This document shows, in pieces, positions 23,101 to 34,277 of a DNA stretch of 64,000 nucleotides (positions are counted from its first letter, which is position 1; every line of letters starts with the position of its first letter). This stretch comes from Macrostomum hystrix (taxonomy: Eukaryota > Animalia > Platyhelminthes). The translations under genes were made by a program, and so were the position numbers. Below the pieces are notes generated by a model, which searched no databases, was not told where the DNA came from, and saw only the letters and a list, made by a program, of their open reading frames with translations. The stretch covers positions 21,762,001 to 21,826,000 of the forward strand of contig CATNEN010000038.1 in assembly GCA_950097015.1 (NCBI GenBank). Reading direction: 5' to 3'.

Positions 23101-25921
23101 CAGATCCCATTCTACCAACCTGATCCCATTCTCCCAACCTGATCCCATTCTACCAACCAGATCCCATTCTACCAACCTGATCACATTCTCCAAAACCTGA
23201 TCCCATTCTCCCAACCTGATCCCATTCTCCAAAACCTGATCCCATTCTCCAAAACCTGATCCCATTCTCCCAATCAGATCCCATTCTCCCTACTAGATCC
23301 TATTCTCCAAAACCTGATTTTATTCTCACAACCTGATCCAATTCTCCAAAACCTGATCCAATTCTACCAACCAGATCCCATTCTCCTAACCTGATCCCAT
23401 TCTCCCAACCTGATTTCATTCTCCCAACCTGATCCCATTCTCCCAACCTGATCCTATTCTCCAAAACCTGATTTTATTCTCCCAATCTGATCCCATTCTC
23501 CCAACCTGATTTCATTCTCCCAACCTGATCCCATTCTCCCAACCTGATTTCATTCTCCCAACCTGATCCCATTCTCCCAACCTGATCCAATTCTACCAAC
23601 CAGATCCCATTCTCCAAAACCTGATCCCGTTCTCCCAACCTGATCCAATTCTACCAACCAGATCCCATTCTCCCAACCTGATCCCATTCTCCCAACCAGA
23701 TCCCATTCTCCCAACCTGATCCTATTCTACCAACCAGATCCCATTCTACCAACCAGATCCCATTCTCCCAACCTGATCCCATTCTCCCAACCAGATCCCT
23801 CTGACCTTTACTAACTGTCTGGAAGTGAACAAAATCTAAAAATATCCAATCCAGGTCGCATGGAAAAGTCCACACTCAGCCTCCTAAATCGAGCCGACAT
23901 TGTAACCGCCCCAGTCGTCGGCCTATTCACAGACGAATGCGAACAGATTCGCTCGGCGCTGGGCGCCCTAGAAGAATGGATCGACTATGACAAAGGCTAC
24001 GCTGGTTTCATTGCCACGGACTTGGCTGAGCTGGAGAAGCGAAGAAATAATCTGCGCCAGACGCTGACAGACCTGCGGCACCAGCTCCATACCTCACAGT
24101 TTCGAACCAAATCACTGCAGGTGGAGAAGGCGCGACTTCAGGTGAAGCTTTAATGACACCTGTTAGATAAGCTTCATTATAGGTTAGATGGATGTGCTCT
24201 CATGTTAGATATAGGTGTGCTCACAGGCTAGATACTGATGTGCCCACACGTAAGATAAAGGTGTGCTTATAGGTTAGATACAGGTGTGCTCACACGTTAG
24301 ATATAGGTGTGCTCACAGGTTAGATACAGGTGTGCTCACAGGCTAGTTATAGGTGTGCTCACAGGTTAGATCCTTATTACTAGGGCGGTCCTTATCAATT
24401 TTAAACGGGCGCCCTATCACAGTAATTTACCCAACTCACTCAGGTTGAGCTGGCCTCACTAGCTGACAAGCAGGCCGAGCTGCTCCAGGCCGAAGAGCAA
24501 CTATATCAGGACGTGAATAGTGCAAAAATTAATTGCGAGATCAAAGAGTTTCGCCGCGAAGAGATCAAACGCGCCGCCAGAGAGCGCGCCGCTGCCGCAG
24601 CTGGCGCCGTCGCCGCCGTCACCGAAGCTGAAGACGAACCCGAACTAGATCCGCTAGAAGCTCAAACTCTGCTCAAAGAGCTCAAAGAACAATTACGGCT
24701 GCTGAGGCACACCATACCGCAGATGGAGCGTCGACGGACGGCTCTGCGATCAAAGCTTGCCGTCATCGAGGAAAAACAGCGCCGCTTCGCTGAAGCAACC
24801 GAGGCGCTTAAGGACAGTGACCGAGAGACCATCCGGCTGAGAAATGAGTCCAGCAATGCGGAGTATCAGCTTGAGCAGTGCCAGCGCAGCCTGGATCAGT
24901 GCGCGCTTATCTACCGGCTGAAGACTGCCGCCGACACCACGACGAAGATCTTTCACGAGATGCCGCTGGAGACAAGGGCAGCCCAGGAGGCGACAACGCA
25001 GAAGATGCTACACAAGCAGCAGCGGCTGCAGCAACAGAAGGGCTCGGAGTCTTCTAGGAGCGAGGAACGAGATGGAATCAGTCTGCCGCCGATTAATCAG
25101 ACAAAACTAACTGCGGTGGCAACCAGTTCTGCCAGACCTACTGAAGGCGACTCTGATGCCAACGGTAAAAAATTATAGATAATTCAAGGTCACACAAATC
25201 ACTAGGTTGAAAAGCTCTCCACGTTCTTGAACAAAAGCTCAAGGTCAAGACTGATTCTTCAAGGTCATTTAGATCTCAAGGTCATTTAGATCTTAAGGTC
25301 ATTTAAATCTCAAGGTCATTTAGATCTCGAGGTCATTTAGATTGAAAGGTCATTTAAATCTCAAGGTCATTTAGATTGAAAGGTTGTTTAGATTAGAAGG
25401 TCATTTAAATTTCAAGCTCATTTAGATAAAAAGGTCCTTTTGATTAAAAGGTCATTTAGATGGAAAAGAATCAACTATTTATCATTATAGGGAGCCCATT
25501 TGACCGTGTCTGCCTCCTGGTATCTCGCCGCATCGAGTCGGACTGGAAGCGCCTCTACCGGGCGTTGCCGTTCGTTCCCCAGCGCGGTCGCGAGACCATC
25601 GACCGGGATCTTGAGGAGCTCCAGACCGGTTTAGTTGGCGAGTCGCGTGCCCAGTGCGCCTGGCGCGCTTTGCATCGTTGGCGCCGATTTCATAGGCGCG
25701 CCAAGCCAAGCGAATTGCGCGCCGCCTTGGCGCGGCTTCGCCGAGTCGACCTGCTGACGGAAGTGGACGCCAGTCTGGCGCCGCCAGCTGCTCCAACGAT
25801 TGTCAAGGAGACGCCTTTGCCGGTCAATATCGACAAAGACTTGGTGCCGTTTTATCGACAGGTTGAGCGCTACGACAATCTGGTGCTGGCCCGACGTTCC
25901 AAGGAGATTGCTAAGGGATAA
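20134..25921 (+). CDS. Uncharacterised coiled-coil protein with C-terminal death(-like) domain
   Basis: Exons 20134-20518, 21980-22183, 23855-24141, 24444-25164, 25491-25921, all phase-compatible. Central heptad-rich E/Q/K/L region. C-terminal FDRVCLLVSRRIESDWKRLYRAL...AWRALHRWRR...ELRAALARLRRVDLL fits the death-domain helical pattern. Confidence 0.8.
20625..21935. repeat. 17-bp intronic minisatellite with 660-bp higher-order duplication
   Basis: Unit ctgtctcatctctcccc; variant tcatctctttcctatctcat at 21001 and 21661. Confidence 0.97.
22250..23800. repeat. 19-20-bp intronic minisatellite
   Basis: Unit cctgatcccattctcccaa(a). Confidence 0.95.
24160..24372. repeat. 23-bp intronic minisatellite
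   Basis: Unit aggttagatacaggtgtgctcac. Confidence 0.9.
25255..25460. repeat. 17-bp intronic minisatellite
   Basis: Unit aaggtcatttagatctc. Confidence 0.9.
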
Positions 25922-26132
25922 AAAAAATTTCTCCGAATTTTTTCGTATTTTTACCTGGTTACCTGGTAGTTGGATCATTATTTTTCTTTATAATTTGCAC
26001 TTTATTTTTTTATAAAAAAGTACACAGGCTTCCTATTTACAATACGTAAAATATTTCGATTTTTACATTCTGTGAAATAATTGAGATTTGTATCAAATAA
26101 GCGTATAAAATTGATTGAGTCTGACTGGAATC

Positions 26133-27125
26133 GGCTGAGAAGTCGGACCATTTGTCATCTCCTGAGGTCGGTGATTGTCTATATACTCGTATATAGAATC
26201 AACCAAATAGCTATTCATAATCAAACATTTGCTATAATAAAATTGATAAGTTCCTATCGTTTCTCTTTTTTAGAATTTATCACTTCCAGCAACTGCCGGG
26301 TGCCCCAGTAATTGATACTTAATTAACAGAAGTTGTAGATCTTACCTTCTTTGGTTTTGTAGTTCTCTTGTTCCTCTCACTTTGGTTGCTGCAGGCTTTG
26401 AAGCTCCGATAGTGGTATTGCTGTGGTTCGACCGTTTGTATTGTTCGAGTTTGGCTTCGGGCTGCCCTTCAGGTACCTGGATCGTTCGAATGCAAGAGAA
26501 TTTAATTTATTCTCTTTGTTTCAGTTGCAGTTACAACGGACCAATAGAAATTAGGGAAACCTTGGTTCGGTGTTGTGTCTTCCTGACGCTGATTTGTCGT
26601 TGATGTCGGTTAACCAATAGTCACTTGTGGAGTGTGTTCCTTCTTACCAGCTCTGGTAGGTTCTACCACGAGTCTGGCGCTTACCCTTTGTAGTATAATC
26701 AATGTAATCACACGTCTGTGACTACGCTTTAATCGTTGGTTTAACGATTACTTGGAGAGGTTTAATTTAGCTCAAGAAAAGCCTTCTTATTAATAAATAA
26801 TTAATTAGGATAACTCAAGGAACTCTTGATAGAGAATTTATAGAGAATTTGACCCTCTCGGGTTCGATGAGTGCGTTCAAAGTACAGGTGTCAACCTGTC
26901 TGGGTCAACGCTTGACAACTTGAGAGGTTGGACTTTTTTACAACTAAACTAGTAGAAGCGCAAAAAGATGGATTATCGCTTTCTTGACCTTTTGATTAAT
27001 TTTGGGTAACATGATTGGTGGGATTGTTGGTTGTCTATGACATAAAAATTGATTGGATACTATTAATAGTAGTCACATGACTTTTGATTGATTCGTTTCT
27101 CCTTTTTGTGGTAAAATGAATCACA
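26133..27125 (-). mobile_element. Possible LTR remnant with primer-binding-site-like sequence
   Basis: Minus strand reads ...gatgACA aa TGGTCCGACTTC (LTR end, 2 nt, TGG), with an internal AATAAA and a candidate TGTGA start at 27125. The boundary is uncertain. Confidence 0.3.
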
Positions 27126-27786
27126 TGCTGTACTTGTATGTTTTCTGGTTCGCATTTTCTAAAAAGACTACTAAGCGGATGAGTAGAGTATTTAGCGCAT
27201 GATTGGTTAAAATAAATATTACCGTAATTCTGCACTCTACAAAATGCAGTCCATATAACAGGAAGCTCCTGGTCTTCCTGCTACCTTCTGCAACAGCATC
27301 AGAGAGATGAAGGCTACTAGTAGTTTCTGTTTCTGATTTTCCTCTCGCTTCCAGTGTACTTATCATCAGCGCCCACGGTCAGAGAGCAGAACGGAGAGAG
27401 AGTGGGAGAAAATCTGGGAGGCAGCAGTCTCTCTGTCCCACACGCCGATGCTCCCCAATGAATGCTTGCTGAATATCTTCCTCCCATTCCATGGCCAAGG
27501 CTATTCGCGAGGCCTGCACTCCTACACTCCTATGTACTATATGCTTAGGCAGCTCCACGGTGGTACTATAACGGGCAATGATGCTGTGTCTAACACAGCA
27601 ACGATAGAATGGTCAATTAAGAGAGCACTGCTCACATAAGAGCACAATAGGAATTTAGAAAACAATGAAACTCTATCCAAGCCAATCTTTGTACACTGAA
27701 CCTCTTCGCGAGCCAAGAACGAGTCTGTGAGCACAAAGCGTTTACAAAGTGACAGGCCGCATTTTCTGTCCAATTATTGGCGCTGC

Positions 27787-30700
27787 ATGGAGGACTGCAG
27801 CCTCGAAAGGCAGCTTCTGGCATCCGCCAAGATTGGCGACGCAACCGCTGTCCGTCGATTGCTTCGTCAGCCGGCCTTGCAGATCGACTGGCAGGATCCG
27901 ATTGATGGCAGAACTGCACTGTATGCGGCCTGCGAGGACGGCTTCACGGATGTTGCTCGAGAGCTCATTGCTGGCATGGCTCGGGTGAGACCTTTGGCTC
28001 ATGATTAGCTTTGAGAAGATCTTGGTCAGTGTGTCTTCATGTTGGAAATTCAGTACCGTGTTGACTTCATGTGAAAAAGGGGGAATCTGTATCGTGTTGG
28101 AGCCTGTACATTCAAGAGAACCAATTTGGGAATTCAGTATCGTGTTGGAGCCTGTATATTCAAGAGAAGCAATTTGGGGATTTGGTATCATGTTGGAGCC
28201 TGTACATCCAAGAGAACCAATTTGGGAATTCGGTATCGTGTTGGGCCTGTACATCCAAGAGAACCAATTTAAGAATTTGGTATCGTGTTGGAGCCTGTAA
28301 ATTCAAGTGAACCAATTTGGGAATTTGGTATCATGTTGGAGCCTGTACATTCAAGAGAACCAATTTGGGAATTTGGTATCGTGTTGGAGCCTGTACATTC
28401 AAGAGAACCAATTTGGGAATTTGGTATCGTGTTGGAGCCTGTACATCCAAGAGAACCAGTTTGGGAATTCGGTATCGTGTTTGGCCTGTACATCCAAGAG
28501 AACCAATTTGGGGATTTGGTATCATGTTGAAGCCTGTAAATTCAAGTGAACCAATTTGGGAATTTGTTATCATGTTGGAGCCTCTACATCCAAGAGAACC
28601 AATTTGGGAATTTGGTATCGTGTTGGAGCCTGTACATTCAAGAGAATCAATTTGGGAATTTGGTATCGTGTCGGAGCCTCTACATCCAAGAGAACCAATT
28701 TGGGAATTTGGTATCGTGTTGGGCCTGTACATCCAAGAGAACCAATTTGGGGATTTGGTATCATGTTGGAGCCTGTAAATTCAAGTGAACCAATTTGGGA
28801 ATTTGGTATCATGTTGGAGCCTGTACATTCAAGAGAACCAATTTGGGAATTTGGTATCGTGTCGGAGCCTCTACATTCAAGAGAACCAATTTGGGAATTT
28901 GGTATCGTGTTGGGCCTGTACATCCAAGAGAACCAATTTGGGGATTTGGTATCATGTTGGAGCCTGTAAATTCAAGTGAACCAATTTGGGAATTTGGTAT
29001 CATGTTGGAGCCTGTACATTCAAGAGAACCAATTTGGGAATTTGGTATCGTGTCGGAGCCTCTACATTCAAGAGAACCAATTTGGGAATTCGGTATCGTG
29101 TCGGAGCCTCTACATTCAAGAGAACCAATTTGGGAATTTGGTATCGTGTTGGAGCCTGTACATTCAAGAGAACCAATTTGGGAATTTGGTATCGTGTTGG
29201 AGCCTGTACATCCAAGAGAACCAATTTGGGAATTCGGTATCGTGTTGGGCCTGTACATCCAAGAGAACCAGTTTGGGAATTCGGTATCGTGTTGGGCCTG
29301 TACATCCAAGAGAACCAATTTGGGGATTTGGTATCATGTTGAAGCCTGTAAATTCAAGTGAACCAATTTGGGAATTTGTTATTATGTTGGAGCCTCTACA
29401 TCCAAGAGAACCAATTTGGGAATTTGGTATCGTGTTGGAGCCTGTACATTCAAGAGAATCAATTTGGGAATTTGGTATCGTGTTGGAGCCTGTACATCCA
29501 AGAGAACCAATTTGGGAATTCGGTATCGTGTTGGGCCTGTACATCCAAGAGAACCAATTTGGGGATTTGGTATCATGTTGGAGCCTGTAAATTCAAGTGA
29601 ACCAATTTGGGAATTTGGTATCATGTTGGAGCCTGTACATTCAAGAGAACCAATTTGGGAATTTGGTATCGTGTCGGAGCCTCTACATTCAAGAGAACCA
29701 ATTTGGGAATTTGGTATCGTGTTGGAGCCTGTACATTCAAGAGAACCAATTTGGGAATTTGGTATCGTGTTGGAGCCTGTACATCCAAGAGAACCAATTT
29801 GGGAATTCGGTATCGTGTTGGGCCTGTACATCCAAGAGAACCAATTTGGGAATTCGGTATCGTGTTGGGCCTGTACATCCAAGAGAACCAATTTGGGAAT
29901 TTGGTATCGTGTTGGAGCCTGCACATTCAAGAGAACCAATTTGGGAATTCGGTATCGTGTTGGAGCCTGTACATCCAAGAGAACCAGTTTGGGAATTCGG
30001 TATCGTGTTGGGCCTGTACATCCAAGAGAACCAATTTGGGGATTTGGTATCATGTTGAAGCCTGTAAATTCAAGTGAACCAATTTGGGAATTTGTTATCA
30101 TGTTGGAGCCTCTACATTCAAGAGAACCAATTTGGGAATTTGGTATCATGTTGGAGCCTGTACATTCAAGAGAACCAATTTGGGAATTTGGTATCATGTT
30201 GGAGCCTGTAAATTCAAGAGAACCAATTTGGGAATTTGGTATCGTGTTGGAGCCTGTACGTTCAAGAGAACCAATTTGGGAATTTGTTACAGCGTTGGAG
30301 CTTATTAGTTAATGTGAGGTCTGTATTTTGGGAATTCTGTATTATTACCGCTTTGGCGCTTGTGACGATCAAGCATTTTATAGTCAACAACCTTATGCAA
30401 TGAGTACTGTAGCTGGACATTGCCACGAAAAGTGGCACGAACTCGGTGTGGATCACCGCTGCCAACGGTCGCGTCGGCGTTGCTCGCCTTCTAGCTAGCA
30501 CCGGTGTCGACATTGACGATCCTTCGTTTCTACACAGCCTGGACAATCGCAGTCCCTTAAGCGCAGCTGCTCAGATTGGTCAGGATGAGGCGCTGCAGTG
30601 GCTGCTACAGTCAGGTGGGACGTCCCGAGCGTTCACATCGGACTCGAGTGGCTGGACACCGATTCACTACGCTTGCCAGCGAGGCCATTTAAGCGTGAGT

Positions 30701-33700
30701 CGGTGATTGCCTGTTTTTGTTGCGCATCTTCTGAAACACGAATCAAGTCGCCAGCTCTTTGACCGTCGATACATTCATTGCTTCTGGCCAAAATTCAGTT
30801 TTTTTTCCATAAGCGCTAGTGTATTTCATTCACCACAAAACACGGAATAGCACTGCGCCTTGTGCAGTGCGGCCTTGCCAAGCCTTGAAAATTGATCATC
30901 ATCTCCGTCTTCGGTGGTCACCTATCTTTATCTAGAAGGATTTGCTGGACCTTTAAGGGCTACAACAGGTGGAAATAGGCCACTGTGGAAACCCTGACGC
31001 GAATTTCTCCAGTTTCATAATAAAATTCCAGGTAGGAAATTCCCCCCCTTGGTATAAAAACGGGCGCAAAAAGCTTTGTAGTCCTACTGTTAATAGTCTA
31101 ATAAATTAAATTTTGCTTCTAACAAAATACATCCAGATCCTGAAGCAGCTCTTAGACGCAGGAGTGGATCCTAATCGGTCAGTCTGTCTTGACAAAATGA
31201 TCGACATTCGTCCTTTAATCTGCATGCGGGGTGAACTTTTGACAACGATGACAACGTACACGCCGTTGCAAGTGGCCGCTCACTATGGCCACGGCCCGGC
31301 TGTTCGCATGCTGTTGGCCGCCGGGGCGGACTTGTTCAGCTCAATCGACTCTGTGACGACCACTCTGCTGATGGCGGTGGTGTCAGGCCGTTCTGAGACT
31401 GTGAGAATACTGCTAGACCATATTAAAGACTGTACTAGTGCTGCCGAGCTGTCACAAATTCTGATCACTGCGGTTCTCACTAGCAGCTCACTAGGACATG
31501 CCGATGTACTTCTTCAGTGCTTCACCGCCTGTACGGACTTTAACTCGCTGCTCTCAGCGCCTTCAACGCGAAACATTTTAGAGTATATTCCAGCGGAGAG
31601 TCTGGCTGAGGTTCAAAAGCTAGCATTAAAGCGACAATTAGCAGCCTGCCAGCAGCAACCAAAATTGTAAGAACAATTTAATAACTCACTTTTATTTCAA
31701 TACGGGGTTGTGGCCTAGAAGGGGTTGTGGCCTAGTAGGGGTTTTGGCCTACAAGGGGTTGTGGCCTAGTAGGGGTTGTGGCCTAGAAGGGGTTGTGGCC
31801 TTATAGGGGTTGTGGCCTTATAGGGGTTGTGGCCTAGTAGGGGGGTGTAGGGATTAGAGCGTCAGACTGACGACTTAAAGGTCGGGGGTTCGATTCCCGA
31901 TTCTACTGGAACAATTTATGTCCTTTAGCAAGACACTTAACTCTGTGCTGTTTCAGCTCACCCAGCTGTTAAATGGGTACAAGCATTAGCTGTAATGGTG
32001 GTAATGGTATTGGTAATGGCGTGGCATGGACTGGACAGCCGTTCGCAGCTTTCAAACGCGCAATAAATGCGGCTGTGCTGTCGGCTGCACATCTGACACA
32101 ATTGGGGGCAGGTTTGGTTAGTTATTACTAATAATTTATAATCAAATCATTTTGTTTTCAGTACGAATACTTTAGTAAATGATTAATAAACAATTAAAAA
32201 TCTCAGCAGATCGGAGCCTGCATTCCAATCGACTCGGAAGCTGAGCGAAGATCTTCACGACGCTCTCCGCCGAGCTGGGTTTCACAGGCGTTGCGCTGCC
32301 ACGCAGGCAGCCCTAGCTGACACGCTGGAGTTGATGCTGAGAAGTCGTTTTGGTGCAGCTGATCAGCAATGCGAAATTCATGTCGTTGGTAGCGTCGCCG
32401 AAGGGTGGGGTGGCAGCCTCGCCTGTCTGGACGGCTGCATTGAGCCCGACTCTGACATAGACGTCACCACCATCCTGAATTCTCGAGTGTTTCATTTAAA
32501 CGGCTTCTGCCGCTGCCCAGACCTATTGAAGAGAAGAGGCGAAGTTGTTGATTACGAGAATGGCCACGCAATATTGTCAGGGTTCGGTGAGTTCAAAGGC
32601 AAAAACTACTGGCCTGATGAGTTGTTGCAAATGATTTCTGACACGCATTTTTCCTGACACAAACTGCAGCAGGCAACCCTTCGCTTCCGTACGCTGGTTC
32701 ACAGCTGAGGCCTGCAATGGACAAGGTCAGCGCTTTCCAGTGCTGTTGCTACCCAGAGTTAAGAGTATTCAGTGATTTGGGTGTGATCAACTTTCTAGCC
32801 ACGGAGGCTAGTCGACTTCCGTGTCACCTGGTGCCAGCGACCATCCCCGATTTTCAAGAACATAATTTCGAGAGCAGCAGTCAGCTTCGACTGAGTACAG
32901 CTTTTCTAGAGAGGTACCTGCTGCGAAGTTTAACCACTGTACAGGGACAGGTGTACGTCACGTTGAAATATCTGTTCAAACGTGTTCTTTCCAGCAGAGT
33001 AAATGGTCTGAAATCCTATCATGCCAAAACCATACTATTCTACATGCTGGACGAGCTACCTTTGGAAAAATGGACATCGAGCTGTCTCGTTGAGCTGCTT
33101 CAATTGGGCCTTAATAAGCTGCTCGACTTTCTGAGACAGACGAGCGGCAATCAATGCATGTGGCACTTCTTTCTGCCCAACACCATCGTCTATTTGAAGA
33201 GAAACTACAGTGATAGGCGTCTAATTGAACGGGCCGTGCAAGATCTTCTTAAAAATCTTACACATGAAACTCGACAATTTATTGGCGGACTTCGGCCTTG
33301 CGACAGTCTGATTCGTTTTCACCCATTTGTACTGCACCCGGTTTTAGGCAACTGCGCAACTCAACCTAATTGCGGACTGCTTCAGTACTACGAAATCTAC
33401 GACGCTGTGTCGATGCTACTGGAGATACTCGCCTTCAGAAGACGCAGTCACAACATGCTGCATCTTTGCTTGAAGATAGTTCTTAGTCTGCCTAAGTGCG
33501 CCAGAACTGCTCGACAATGTCTCAAGGTGCTGACGTATTTAAAGTTCGGGATGCTGGAACCTGCCAAGAGAGCTGTACTGTCGTCTGTGAACTGGGAAGT
33601 CAGTCGTGGAGTCTGCTTGAGACCGTATGAAGAAGCAGAAGAGGCCGAATCACTGCGTTTGTGTATTTTAAGATGTCTCCAATTCAACGACTCGTTCTAC

Positions 33701-34277
33701 AAGTTTGGCTTCCGTTTGGACAATCGGCCATCAATGCCCTTCCTTCCGGAGCCCATCTCACATTGGTTTCCCTGCGGAATCGGCTTCTATATGCACCAGT
33801 ATTATTTTAACTTCAGTGCGCTCCTGAAATGCCTCACCCTGCACCTACTAGGCGACGAAATGGACAAAAGCATCGCGGCTCGTTGGTTTCAACAGATTTC
33901 AGAATCGACAGAATCTGACCTTCAGGAGCTTCTGCTAGTGCTGAAGTTCTGTACTGACGAGCAGCTGCTAGTTCGGCTGATTCACCGGCACAGACGCGTG
34001 ATCTATGAACAGCACGAGACGTTGAGCGCAGCGCTGGAACTGCTCGGTCGAAACGTACGTTCTAAGTCTAAAAATGTTTGTTAAAATTAACAGCCGAGCT
34101 ATGCCACAGCGGACAATACGCTCGTACTACGAGCTATATATAAAAACCATTCACGAACATTTATTTCAGCCGGATTTGAAACGTCTCTGTGTCTCACGGT
34201 CAATTCAGAACGCAATCGAAGATTTAAAATCTGCGCTAACTCGACGCTCCGAGGAAGGACAGCGGAATCCTTTTTGA
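27787..34277 (+). CDS. Ankyrin-repeat / Mab-21 (cGAS-like receptor, cGLR) nucleotidyltransferase
   Basis: Exons 27787-27984, 30413-30694, 31137-31666, 32210-32586, 32673-34054 (or read-through to stop 34084), optional 34110-34277. ANK motifs GRTALYAAC, SPLSAAA, GWTPIHYAC, YTPLQVAA. NTase motifs VVGSVAEG...DSDIDV...MDKV. Mab-21 C-lobe HLVP, LRLSTAFLERYLL, LKSYHAKTILFY, W, CMWHFFLPN. Confidence 0.88.
28085..30300. repeat. 48-bp (47-bp variant) intronic minisatellite, ~46 copies
   Basis: Unit ggtatcgtgttggagcctgtacattcaagagaaccaatttgggaattt, in intron 1 of the ANK-cGLR gene. Confidence 0.97.
30714..31090 (+). mobile_element. Helentron/HINE-like dispersed repeat, copy 3 (5'-truncated)
   Basis: Matches 18990-19290 and ends ccccttggtataaaaacgggcgcaaaaagctttgtagtcctact, as copy 1 does. 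Confidence 0.6.
31703..31845. repeat. ~17-bp tandem repeat derived from the SINE 5' end
   Basis: ggggttgtggcctag(t/a)a x8, directly abutting a SINE; compare the SINE start gaggttgtagcctagtgg. Confidence 0.9.
31840..32130 (+). mobile_element. tRNA-derived SINE family 1
   Basis: ggttcgattcccg B-box, gtcctttagcaagacacttaac, cacccagctgttaaatgggtac, ggggcaggt, TTA-rich tail. Confidence 0.85.

Noticed and set aside
28001-30312. Many overlapping ORFs (LEPVHSREPIWEFGI...) and CRISPR-like regularity
   Set aside because: Head-to-tail 48-bp units with no unique spacers, inside a GT-AG intron; no cas genes; eukaryotic context.
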